A stretch of 64,000 bases of DNA. It comes from Octopus bimaculoides (Eukaryota). The stretch covers positions 81,041,515 through 81,105,514 of the forward strand of contig NC_068983.1 in assembly GCF_001194135.2 (NCBI RefSeq), written 5' to 3'. The translations under genes were made by a program, and so were the position numbers. The notes beneath the pieces are model-generated. The model did not search any database. It saw only the letters and a program-made list of their open reading frames with translations, and had not been told where the DNA came from. Positions 52,206-64,000 of this stretch are shown piece after piece (the first letter of the stretch is position 1; every line of letters begins with the position of its first letter).

Positions 52206-52695
52206 TGCACATACATACATGAACATCTCAATCTGGGGTAAAACCCTGAGTAAGCTGTCACCTTTTAATATTGTAAGAATATCTATCCATTCTACCCACT
52301 AAATCAAGTTCTATATCAAGTATCACTTGCACTGTGAAGAATATATTTTTGATATATCATCTGCATCTTACTTTAATTGTGTGTATCTTAGGTAATTGTG
52401 TGTATGTATCAATCCCTATTGTCTTAAATAAGAGAAGGGTCTCTCATACACACTGAGTCAAAGAGAAGGATAGTAAATAGTCAAATGATGAGTTTCTTTT
52501 AGTTACCATGCAACAAATCCACTCACAAGGCTTTGGTCAGCCCAAAGCTTTAGTACAAGACATTGGCGTATGTGCCATGTAGAGGGGTTGAATCCAAAAC
52601 TACTTCTCAACTATTTATGCCTATACATACACAGACACACACACACATACGTATATATACACACATACATATATATTTATTAATACATATATATA

Positions 52696-52773
<78 letters not shown>

Positions 52774-52935
52774 CATACACATACACCTATATATATTTAT
52801 TAATATATACATATGCATACATATATACATGTGTATATATAATATACATACATACAAATATATAAAGATATATACACACATACATGTATACGCACACACA
52901 TGTATGTATATATATATATATATATATGTAACTTT

Positions 52936-53122
52936 GAGAGAGTAGGATCAGTTGATTATAGCAGCTTTAAGACTTGACAGGTGCTTAATTTTTTTTTTTA
53001 TCATCAACAGAAAGATGAAAGGGCAAGTTGATTTTGGTGGGATTTGAACTTATGAAAATGTATGTACTAAAGAACAGTGAAGCATACTGTCCAGTACTCT
53101 AGTGATTTGGTTAGCAACTGCC
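52936..53122 (-). mobile_element. Degenerate GGCGAGCTGGCAGAAT-family SINE
   Basis: GATGAAAGGGCAAGTTGATTTTGGTGGGATTTGAACT on the plus strand matches the copies at 19.9 and 20.1 kb. Confidence 0.6.
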
Positions 53123-54345
53123 CTCTTTCTCCCCCCCCCCTTCATAATAATAACAATAATAATGACAACAAGAATAATAAATATATAAATGGCAAGAATC
53201 ATGTTACAGCATGGCATGAATTTGAAGAATAATAAAAAAAAATGTAATCAGAAATAGTATGATGGACAGTAAAGCTTCTTTTTCTTATATCATCATCATC
53301 ATCTTTGACTTTTTACTAACCATAATTGGGTGCATATTTCATCATCCCTCCCCCTACATCTTATTACTCTTCCTTCATATTGATTTTTCAATATTTCAAT
53401 AAGCATCTTTCACCCATATAAATAGTAGGATTCAAACTGCTTCCTTTTATTTACTCAGCTGTTCCTCCCGTTCTGTTTTACAGAATTTGGGGATGAGCAG
53501 GGTGTAAGGATCTTTTTTGCCTTCTCTTCCTTATCCTATCCACTTGATCTCCATTTCCAGTAATAAATAAACATGAACAAAAAAACGTCCAAACAACAAA
53601 AATACAAAAAAAAAAAAACAAAATAAAAAAAACAACTTAGCATAGATACAGACATCTGTATTACAATTTCCGATGAATCATTTGAAAAGTAAAAAAGAAT
53701 TTTTATTATTATTATTANNNNNNNNNNNNNNNNNNNNNNNNNNNNNNNNNNNNNNNNNNNNNNNNNNNNNNNNNNNNNNNNNNNNNNNNNNNNNNNNNNN
53801 NNNNNNNNNNNNNNNNNNNNNNNNNNNNNNNNNNNNNNNNNNNNNNNNNNNNNNNNNNNNNNNNNNNNNNNNNNNNNNNNNNNNNNNNNNNNNNNNNNNN
53901 NNNNNNNNNNNNNNNNNNNNNNNNNNNNNNNNNNNNNNNNNNNNNNNNNNNNNNNNNNNNNNNNNNNNNNNNNNNNNNNNNNNNNNNNNNNNNNNNNNNN
54001 NNNNNNNNNNNNNNNNNNNNNNNNNNNNNNNNNNNNNNNNNNNNNNNNNNNNNNNNNNNNNNNNNNNNNNNNNNNNNNNNNNNNNNNNNNNNNNNNNNNN
54101 NNNNNNNNNNNNNNNNNNNNNNNNNNNNNNNNNNNNNNNNNNNNNNNNNNNNNNNNNNNNNNNNNNNNNNNNNNNNNNNNNNNNNNNNNNNNNNNNNNNN
54201 NNNNNNNNNNNNNNNNNNNNNNNNNNNNNNNNNNNNNNNNNNNNNNNNTATTATTGTTTCATTTCCTTTTGACATAATAAATGCAACATTGAAAGCTATG
54301 CAATAACAATATGACCAGTAATAGCAATAACACATAAACAATATA

Positions 54346-54383
<38 letters not shown>

Positions 54384-54847
54384 CACACATATTTATGCTG
54401 GGTATAATTAAATTAGAATGTTTTAAAAAGACTACAAATATAGTAATAAATACACCTGTCTTCAGAATCAAATAACCATACAAGATAAGGCACATGTATG
54501 GTGTGTGTGTGTGTGTGTGGAGACATATACATACATATATATGCATATATATGTATGTGCACTTATATATATGTATACACATGTATGCATACGCACACAG
54601 ACTGAGTATATATATTTCTATCTATTTATCTATCTATATATATATACATATATATAGAAACATACATACATATATTTACACACATATATACATATATATA
54701 TATATATTTCTACATACATACATACATATACACACAAATATACATATATATATACACATATATGCACATTAAGTCACACATACAGACACACACACACATG
54801 AAACAAGAATGCTTCATAGTTGCAGTCTCTATGGGTTTTTTGTGTGC

Positions 54848-54880
<33 letters not shown>

Positions 54881-55714
54881 TGGTGTGCAATCAAAATACA
54901 TATAGACTGCAACCATGAAGTACTGCTGAAAGTTTTGAAGTTAGTCATCATGCGTTGCATTAGAATAAAGTTTTCAGAATTTACATTTATATTTATTACT
55001 TTGTCAGTTCTTTTAGCAACTGTTTTTTAGGCTTTTTTCATAACCACGCACCCCAGCACACACACACATATATGTACAGAGTTCCACCTCAAATTTGCCA
55101 TCTTCAACCTCAATGTCGTTAACGTCAACCTCAAATTCATCATTGTCAACTTAAATGTTGTCACTCTAGGATAGATCAAAATGTTTTTATAAAAAGTCAC
55201 TGATACCAGTGATTATTTGATGCAGAATTGTAAAAGAATATAAACGTTAAATAGTTTTATAAAGGCTTACAAATTTTGTATTATATAAATTGTTGCATCT
55301 TACATAACCTTAAATATACATACATTTAGTACAAAAGACGTAAAACTACATACTGTACATATACAACAAGTCAAGGACAAAAATAAATAACATCAGTTAT
55401 TTATTATTCCCATTTTTTAACTCTCTTAATCAAGCATAATCATCTTTGGTAATGAACAATGGTCTTGCGTTGATCAATATATTATGTAAATACATGTACA
55501 ACACTAGGCTGACTTTATATATATACATGCATACATTTCACAGTGCTCAAGAGATTTTAACTTGAGCAGATAGAAGAGAAAATGTAAGGACAAGCAATTT
55601 AGGCAAGTTACTCCTCTACCTGCTCAAGTTCATATCTCTTGAGCACTACGAAGTGTATTCTATACAGAGAATACCGGTCTCTAATCTATAAACTTCATAC
55701 ATACATATGTACAT

Positions 55715-55995
55715 ATGTATGGTTGAGTAGATAGGGTGTTGTACTCTTGCTTGCAAGATTGTAGTTTCAGTTTCTGAACTGGGTGACGTGTTGTGTGACT
55801 TGAGCAAAAGACTTCATTGCACATTCCTCTGCAATCACGCTGACACCTGATGTGAGGTTTACTCTGCACCTGTTCAGGTGACATCAATTTAATGGAGAGA
55901 GTGAGCTAATGTACAGGATATCTATTTGATCACAATAAACAAAGCGTTTATATGGATTGTTCAGCAAGAAATTGCAAAACTGTCTTTCTCGTACC
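55715..55995 (+). mobile_element. Degenerate tRNA-derived SINE
   Basis: Decayed tRNA-like head followed by the same TTGAGCAAAAGACTTCA core as 25720 and 63664, with a different 3' half. Confidence 0.55.
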
Positions 55996-56454
55996 ATAAG
56001 AGACTACCATCATGTGTATATGTGTGAGTGTGTGTGCATGCGTGTATGTGTATAAACAAATATCTGTTGATTCATCAGAAATTATAAATTTCAGGACTTA
56101 AAACAAATGTAGAGTATTCTTTAATACATTATAACTGAAAGGCTCCAATTTCCAGCACTCAGAGTCACTCATTTCTGACTGTTAGCTGCTAAACTGGGCC
56201 TGCTTTTCACTGATAGAATATATTTTTTGAAATATGAAACAAAAGGTTGAAGAAAACTCTTATCCATATATATCACACCAACACCCTCGCATCACACCAC
56301 GCACACACTACAACTGACCAACTCCTTTCTCCCCTCCCCATTTTTACACTACATACGTCAAGATCACCAACATTCTGTCTCCCACACACACAGCCCCTCG
56401 TTCTTCAATCACCGTTCTTTCTCCCCCTTTTCTTAGCTCTCCTGAAAAAAAATT

Positions 56455-56700
56455 TCTAACTTCCGGTCAGCCATTACTATGATTAGCCATTACTATGATT
56501 GACCGTTGACTGGACACTATTCAATTTTTTTTTTCTCCGTGTTTTTCTCCTTGTCTCCGTATTCTTTCTGTTGAAGAGCGTAGCTCGAAACGTCAAAGAC
56601 TTTCCGTATTCCCGAGCGTCATACTAATACATCCTTTTGTTATTTACACCACCTGTCCTCGTCTGTTGTTGTTTTTTCGTACATTCTCCCATATATATAT
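56455..56700 (+). mobile_element. Penelope-like retroelement terminal (pseudo-LTR-type) fragment
   Basis: CpG-rich relative to flanks; contains a minimal hammerhead motif; ends in an AT tail; internal 16-bp tandem duplication AGCCATTACTATGATT. Confidence 0.6.
56563..56599 (+). ncRNA. Minimal type I hammerhead ribozyme motif with variant core CUGUUGA
   Basis: TCTTT-CTGTTGA-A-GAGC-gta-GCTC-GAAAC-GTC-AAAGA: perfect stems I and II, palindromic stem III, GUC triplet. Confidence 0.65.
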
Positions 56701-57139
56701 ATTTCCATGCACCTATAAATGTACACACACACATTTAACTATACATGCATGCATATCCATGCAGTGGTGCACCCATATACAAATGTTTGTCAGAGCCTGA
56801 CAAATCATATACATATGTGTGTGTATGTGTGAGTGAAATTATGATAAAAAGAAGTTTATATCATTTGTTCCCTATGTATGTCTCACTGTTTTGGTTGTTT
56901 TCAACTTGTGCATTAGATGACCTAAGCACAAGTGGATGCTGTACCATGACAGATCATCAGGGGAACACAGTGTTGCATCATGTTACAGTGATCAAATATC
57001 TGAAATGGAACAGATGGTGAGACATTTTATAAGTATGCCAAGAGGGAAGCATATAGATAGCAAACAGGAGAGAGAGAGAGAGAGGGGGAGAGAGAGAGGG
57101 AGAGAGAGAGAGAAGACAGGATATAATTTTTTCCTTTCC

Positions 57140-58353
57140 TTTTTTCTTTAACCCATGCTAGCATGGGTTGCATGGTTTGACAGGACCCAATGGGCCCAAG
57201 GACTGCATCATGTTCCATTTTCTGTTTGGCATGGTTTCTATGGTTGGATGTCCTTCCTGACACCAACCACTTTACAGTGAGTACTGGGTGCTTTTTTTCA
57301 TGCCACCAGCACTAGTGAGGTTGCCACGCATCTTTCAGGACTAGATCTTGAATAGGGAGAGTGAACTTTATGGTAAGAAAATGAGTAGAGAGGAGTAAAG
57401 TGTGAGAGAAAAGGGCTAGAGCAAGCAGGTTTCTTGCTGAAGAGGCACTAAATCACTACACATGCTGTAGAAGACAGGGAGGTGGGGAGCTGGAAATTGG
57501 TGATGAGGTGTTAGGATGAACCTTCAAAGTACAATATGGGTAGGAATGAGTAGGGTAGGGATGCCAGAAGTGGGAGGAGTTACAGATATCTAGTGCAGGA
57601 CAGCAACATAGATATGATGATACAGGAAACAGGGGGATGGAATAGAGCAGACATGGGCGGCGTGTGTATGTGTGTGTGTGTGGTGGGGTGAGTAAACTGC
57701 AGGAGTGGATGGCGAAGAGAGAAAGGCAGGTACAGTGTATGAAGAAGATAGGACGTAAGGAGGTGGAGAGATAATTTGATGGCAAAGTGGACGGGTAGGG
57801 GTGATCAATAAAAAAAAGTATGATTGGAGATAAGGATTAATGGATGAACGACAGATAACAAGTGAAGTAGTTCTGGGAAGTAAGAAAAGTGGTATCAAGG
57901 AGGAACTGCAGTTGGGGAGTGATAGGTGGTGGATTATTTGAGGAGGAGAATTGGGTGCAGGGCCCAAATGTGCATATATACACAAACACAATCAGTTCTG
58001 TTAGAGCACAGCTATGCTAACTTGGGCAGGTCTTCTTGAGAACTACATATTGCTTGGCCATTTGTCACCTCCTCTACAAGGTTCAAGGTCTTGAAATCAG
58101 TCTTTACCACCTTGTCATATATCTTCTTGAGTTTCTCTCTTCCATGACTTCCATCAACTGTTAGTGATCAGTACTTCTTTATACAGCTGTCCTCATCCAT
58201 ACTTGTCACATGTTTATACCGGCACAGTCTTCTTTCTTGCACACTGCTTCTGGTTCCTCTTATGTCAACCACTTTTGTACAATGCCTTTCATGCACACTT
58301 ACATTGCATATAAAATAGAGCATGCTTGCTCCACTTCTTACCAGTCTCTTCAT
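57140..58353 (-). mobile_element. 5'-truncated RTE-clade LINE (decayed ORF C-terminus plus 3' UTR)
   Basis: Minus-strand translation ASMLYFICNVSVH...VQERRLCRYKHVTSMDEDSCIKK, then in a shifted frame LTVDGSHGREKLKKIYDKVVKTD, resembles the RTE C-terminus (RRLRWxGHVxRM; GxRxRGRP). 3' end carries the family tail and stem-loop. Confidence 0.75.
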
Positions 58354-59242
58354 ATATATATTGCTTGTTTATATAGATATATAGACATATATAGCAGCAG
58401 TGTGAGTGAGGATTATGATGTTTACTAAGATATCAATAGTGTATGTGATGCTGCCTTTATGTAAATAATTTTTTATTGTCAAAGGACAAAACTGGAACCA
58501 TTCTTCTTCAATTAATTTGTATGTTTTATCATAATTTACTCACAGATCATACATAGTCTGAATGACAAGGAAAGGTATTAGCTTCAGAAATGTTCACTTT
58601 CCATTACACACTTGCCACTATGCTGTTAGTAACTTCGCTGCTAACATTAATTATATTACAAAAATAACAAGAATGTTGGATTAAGAAATAAATTTTAGGG
58701 ACAGTAGCCCAAAAGTATCTACTAACTGGGAGGCCACTGGAAATTAAGTGGAAAGTTATAGAAAATATTACTGAGTTTTACAGTAGCTACGAAGTTTTAA
58801 CCAGGCTCTGTATAAATCTAGTGGGCCCCTAGAACAACTTCAGTTTGAGTCTCAAGTCGCCTATCAGAAATTTAACTGCACATGGTGTGTGAACAATATC
58901 ACATTGAGTTTCAGCATGCAGAACAAGGTCACTTCCTTTCGATTGGTGGGATATTACATACATACAAACAAACAAACATACATAATACATACATACATAC
59001 ATGCATGCATGCATGCATACATACATACATGCATACATACTGCATTCACACTTACTTTACATATAAACAATGTCATGTGGGAAGTGTACTAATGTGTTTT
59101 ATATCCAGATAAATTAAGTTACAAACAAAAACAAAATTAAAGTGATATATATAATATCAACTGGAGGTGCCAGGTTGGCATCAAGAAGATAGGAGATAAA
59201 AACACTTTCATATACATGCAGAATTAAGAAGACTTCCCTTAA

Positions 59243-59283
<41 letters not shown>

Positions 59284-61234
59284 AATGCATACATAGAAAG
59301 ACTCATGTTGTTGACACATTACTTCAGTTTTATCATATATAACATGTTTGTCACCTTAACCACACTTACAGTTGACCCTTTGGGTTTTTATTTGCACACA
59401 AAGTCTATTGCTTTTCCTAGTCTTTTTAGGACTTCATTTAATGAATTAAGATAAAGAATGAATGTATCCCACTTTAAGGGTTTCACAGCATCAGTGAACT
59501 TTTGGCCAGAGACTTCATTGTATCTCATAGCAATTTATTTCTTTATGTACAAAAAAATTATCTGTTCTGAAAGCATATCTCACTAGTTTTCAATATAACA
59601 TGTAAATGCTATGAAGGTTCAGCTTCAAGCTACTGATTTACTTTTTCCAATGGGTTGCAACAGGATAAAATAAAAGAAATGTCAAAAGACATCAGGTTTT
59701 TTTATTTTTTTACCCTTTTACTTTGTTTATATTTTATATATATTAGTTTTGTTTTAAATGAATCTATCTAATTTTGTTTCAGAAACCATAGGAAACTAAG
59801 AAAGCACAAATGATATATTGTCTATAGTCTTTGAAATATCAAGAGTAGTGATAAAGTAATATATGTAAAAAAAAAATAAATATAGAAAAAAAAAGTGGAT
59901 GACCTCCATTAAGCATAAAAGGTAACATTAAAATTCCATATGGAAATATTATGATTGTGATGTATTCTTAGGGTAATATCAAAATAGTGTGTGTGTGTGT
60001 GTGTGCGTGTGTATGACTGTATACATATCTACCCACATAAATATATTTATAGTAATATATAAATGCATATGTGTTTATTTGTGTGTATGTGTATACATAT
60101 ATACATATGAATACGTTACACAGACACACACACACATATATATATGCATGCATATATATACATAAATATAAATGCACTGCATACATACATATATAAATGT
60201 ATGTATGTGTGTGTGTGTGTGTGTGTATCATCATCATTTTAATGGCCATTTTTTTATGCTTGTATGGATTGAATAGAGTTCAATGGAGCAGATTTTCTAC
60301 AGCTGAATGCCCTTCCTATCATCAACCCACTCTTGTTTCCAAGTTAGGTAATACTTCTCCATGGCCAGACATGATTTCGCAAAATATTAGAAATGTGAGT
60401 GACACATGACGTCAAGAGGAGACACAATCAGAAATATGTGTGTGTGTGTGTACATGTGTAAGTGTTTATATAGTCACAGATTGAAAATTTCACTTCCCAA
60501 ATAAATGGTTTCAGGTTTAGTTCCACAGCACAACATCTTGAGCAAGTGTCTTCTACTATTAAAAGATACCACGAATATTCAATTCAGGATTGCAGAAGTT
60601 GTGTGCATGACTGTGGATATTTCGGTGATTTTTATGAGTAGAATAACCTCAGATACAAGCATCCATATCTATCAATATCTCTACGCTTTCCATGCTGGCA
60701 TGGGCTGGATGGTTTGACTGAGGGCTGGCGAGTCAGAAGGCTGCACCAGTTTCCAATCTGATCTGGCAGAAATTATGATGTTGTTAAACACCGAGAATAA
60801 CTGTTATCCATTGATGAAATGATTCATGACAATCAGCCAGACTGTTTCACCACAGCTTATGAAATAAATGAGCAATGTTTCTCATTTGTTTATTTGATAG
60901 GCTGCACTCAGGGAAAACAATCTAACCAGATGTAATAGACATGTTCATCACCACCAACATCATCATCATCATATAATCTCCTTATTCCATGATGGCACGT
61001 GTGTACATGCATGTTGTGTGTATGAATATGTATACGCAGATGTACATATGTATGTTACATGAACACACATTTTTTTAGTATGTCACATCTTCAGTGAGTT
61101 GACTTATCATAGAAACAGCGATGACTGGATTTTTTGATGGTGCATATATGCATACTTAATTATGAATATATGCAAAGAATATACACTATACAATTTTACC
61201 AATGTGTTCATACACATGCATGCAAATGTACATA

Positions 61235-61274
<40 letters not shown>

Positions 61275-62197
61275 AAATATGTTTTTGTGTACATTTATTA
61301 TTGTTACTATAACAACTGGGTTTTTCTCATTTATGCTGCCATGAATTACGTATACACATGGAGAACACATACATATATACAAGTGCCTCTCTATCCAGAA
61401 CCTAGTTAATACTCTGTCGGTGTTAGTGATAGGTGTCTATTATTGCATCTGCAATGTAGGAAAAGAAAGAAAGGAAAAGAGAGAGAGAGAAAGAAGTTAG
61501 GAACAAGTGTTGAGCATGTAATACTGATTATACTGGGTGATGGTGTTTTGAGTAAGAAAATGTTGGAGAGAGAGGCTGAGTATGTAAACAAGACAAAATA
61601 TTTAAAGCAAATTTAAACATAGTTGTTACTCAGATCTGATAATGCAGGATTGTGGTGAATAGAAATATGTTGTTTATACATCTAATACAACTGACACTTG
61701 CATTGAAAGTTGAAAATGAAAATGATGATGAGTTCTTATACAGATAATTAGAAAGAATAATTATTGTGGTTTTTCCAGGTATAGTGAAAGATATTTCCTG
61801 ACAAGTTTAATTTGCACAGAAATCTCTATAAGGAGACAGATTCCATTCACAAAGATGAGAAAAAGAATAAATAAATAAATAAAAGCTTAGTTAATTTTAA
61901 ATAACTAAACTTGAATATATTTTTTGAATATTATATATTTTTTTTATTTCATGTATGTACAAGAAATTTCAAGTGAATACAAGAAATTTCAGGTAGATAC
62001 AAGGAATATCTCAGATTCACTGAAGAAAAAAAGAAAAGAAAAAACAAAAAAATGATGACCACATACACACACAGAAACACCACAGCATCAAACAAAGAAG
62101 GCATTTCTATCCAAGCTGACACATTTTTCTTGCTAAATTGAATGGTGCCAGATAAAAAGAGTACCAATTACAAAGTGTTTAGGTGCCAGCAGTGCTG

Positions 62198-62252
<55 letters not shown>

Positions 62253-62490
62253 TGATGATAATAATAATAATACTGGTGGTAGTAATAGCAGAGGTGGAGT
62301 TTACTTACTGTATTTAGGCTATTTTCAGTTAGACCTGTCTTGATGAAAGTGAACCTTGAGTGATTCTCTGATAAATGCTTTTTGTTCTTCAGATTTAATC
62401 GATAAGAAAAAGAAATTTAAAGCCTTCGCTTTCTTTGAAAAGCCATTTCCCTTAAGAATACTCATATTTTTTTCCTCCCTTTTTCTTTCA

Positions 62491-62533
<43 letters not shown>

Positions 62534-62559
62534 GCTGCTACTACTACTACTACTACTAT

Positions 62560-62594
<35 letters not shown>

Positions 62595-62595
62595 G
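62491..62595. repeat. (TAC)n microsatellite
   Basis: Directly visible. Confidence 0.97.
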
Positions 62596-63663
62596 CAATA
62601 ACAACAGTGTCAGATAGCTACTAGTATCAGTAGTACTAAAGTTCAAGAATGCTGAAATATTTATTATTTGTTTTGAAAAATATGTAATTGAAAAACTATA
62701 CACAGTATTGAATAAGGAACAAAAAAAAAAAGAAAGCCGAAATATTTAAAAACAAAATGAAAGCAATAAAAGATCTATGAAAGAAATAAGAAGGAAAGAA
62801 AAGTAAAAAGACTCAGGAAGCAAATGAAATTAGACCTACATTTATGTTTAAGGAATTTTTGTCCCAATTGTTGTAAATAGATTGTGAGTGATGTCTTGGT
62901 GTGGTGTTGGTGAGTATAAAAGAGATGTTTTTCTATCACCAACCTCAGAATAGATTGAACTAATAAACATAAAACAATAATAGTGGTGATAAAGAAAACA
63001 ACAATAATAGCAAAAAAAAAAGAAAGAAAAGAAAATGAAAAAAAAATAACAAACCCAAGAAGTCAACCTAGTTATTTGGGCAAATGTTTCATTCTTTTAT
63101 TAAGAGACTGTATTGTCTAACTGGATCCTTTCAACCAAAAATTTGGAAGCAAATTACAGCAGCAAATTTTGATTAAAAGAAAATAAATAAAGTCTAGCTA
63201 AAATATAAATAAAGTGAAACAAAATAAAAATAAATGAGACTGTGTTATTAAAGATGGCAGTACATATTCTTAAATTGGAACTGAACGTTCTACATCACAG
63301 CTTTAACTGGATAACTTGCTGGCAAACAACTGAAGAGTAGTCATGGTATATTCAGACTGGAGTTGATACTGTTTAACCCCAGGTCAACTCTGTTTGAGTA
63401 GAATGTTAACCAAAGGGTTTTCAGCCATAAAAATCTCACCATTTTTTTTTTATATTTGAATTTCAGGGGAATACATTGTTTTCAATATCTTATATAAAAA
63501 TAAAAGAAATTGGAAACAATGTATTTCTCTGAAATTCAGTTATAAAAAGGTAGGGTTCAATCTGAAGGAGATTTGGCTACTGTTTTTAGCAGTTTGAGTG
63601 ACCTACTTGGTTTGTGATTTTGGGGAGCTTTCCGTATTGTCTCAAGACCATGTAGAGCATTAC

Positions 63664-63900
63664 GGAGGCATGTGGCTTAGTGGTTAGGGTGTTGGACTCA
63701 TGATGGTAAGATTGTGGTTTCGATTCCTAGACTGGACGACACATATTTTTGAGCAAAATATTTCATTCTACATTGCTCCAGTCCATTCAGCTGGCAAAAA
63801 TGAGTAACCCTGTGATGGACTGGCGTCCTATCCAAGTGGAGAATTTATATGGGAAACCGACCCTTATGAGTCAGTATGACTTGAGAAGGTAACTCTACTT
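63664..63900 (+). mobile_element. tRNA-derived SINE (OR1-like)
   Basis: GGAGGCATGTGGCTTAGTGGTTAGG...GGTTTCGATTCC head; TTGAGCAAAATATTTCA core; GATGGACTGGCGTCCTATCC 3' domain. Confidence 0.8.
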
Positions 63901-64000
63901 ATGTAGAGCATTTCTCATGTGGACTGTGGTAGTAATAGGCTCATAATGCATCAAGGACTAGATTACCTAATATGTTCTTCTTTTCTAAGATGGCAGGGTA

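Noticed and set aside
41238-54386. Longest ORFs in the track (176-314 aa)
   Set aside because: They consist of N gaps plus (AT)/(AC) microsatellites.
55080-55170. Short degenerate repeats of TCAACCTCAA
   Set aside because: Irregular period and spacer length; not CRISPR-like, probably a transposon subterminal repeat.

Overview
AT-rich, microsatellite-dense animal genomic DNA with several assembly gaps. The SINE and RTE repeat content points to an octopus (inference). The window is almost entirely intronic to one minus-strand C2H2 zinc-finger transcription factor gene of the ZNF362/ZNF384-lin-29-rotund family. Two exons are well supported (3846-4030 and 16967-17050). Several small frame-preserving phase-1 exons are candidates (10308-10334, 24504-24518, 33124-33156, 42056-42118). 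The remaining zinc-finger exons would lie left of position 1. The introns hold tRNA-derived SINEs, RTE-LINE 3' fragments, piggyBac- and hAT-type MITEs, a 1.16 kb foldback inverted repeat, and two retroelement copies carrying minimal Penelope-type hammerhead ribozyme motifs. The most notable signals are a 27-nt microexon with recursive-splice (AG|GTATGT) architecture, the regularly spaced chain of symmetric small exons, the two hammerheads, and a structured island at 33.1-33.3 kb. Nearly all ORFs in the supplied track are microsatellite or N-gap artefacts.
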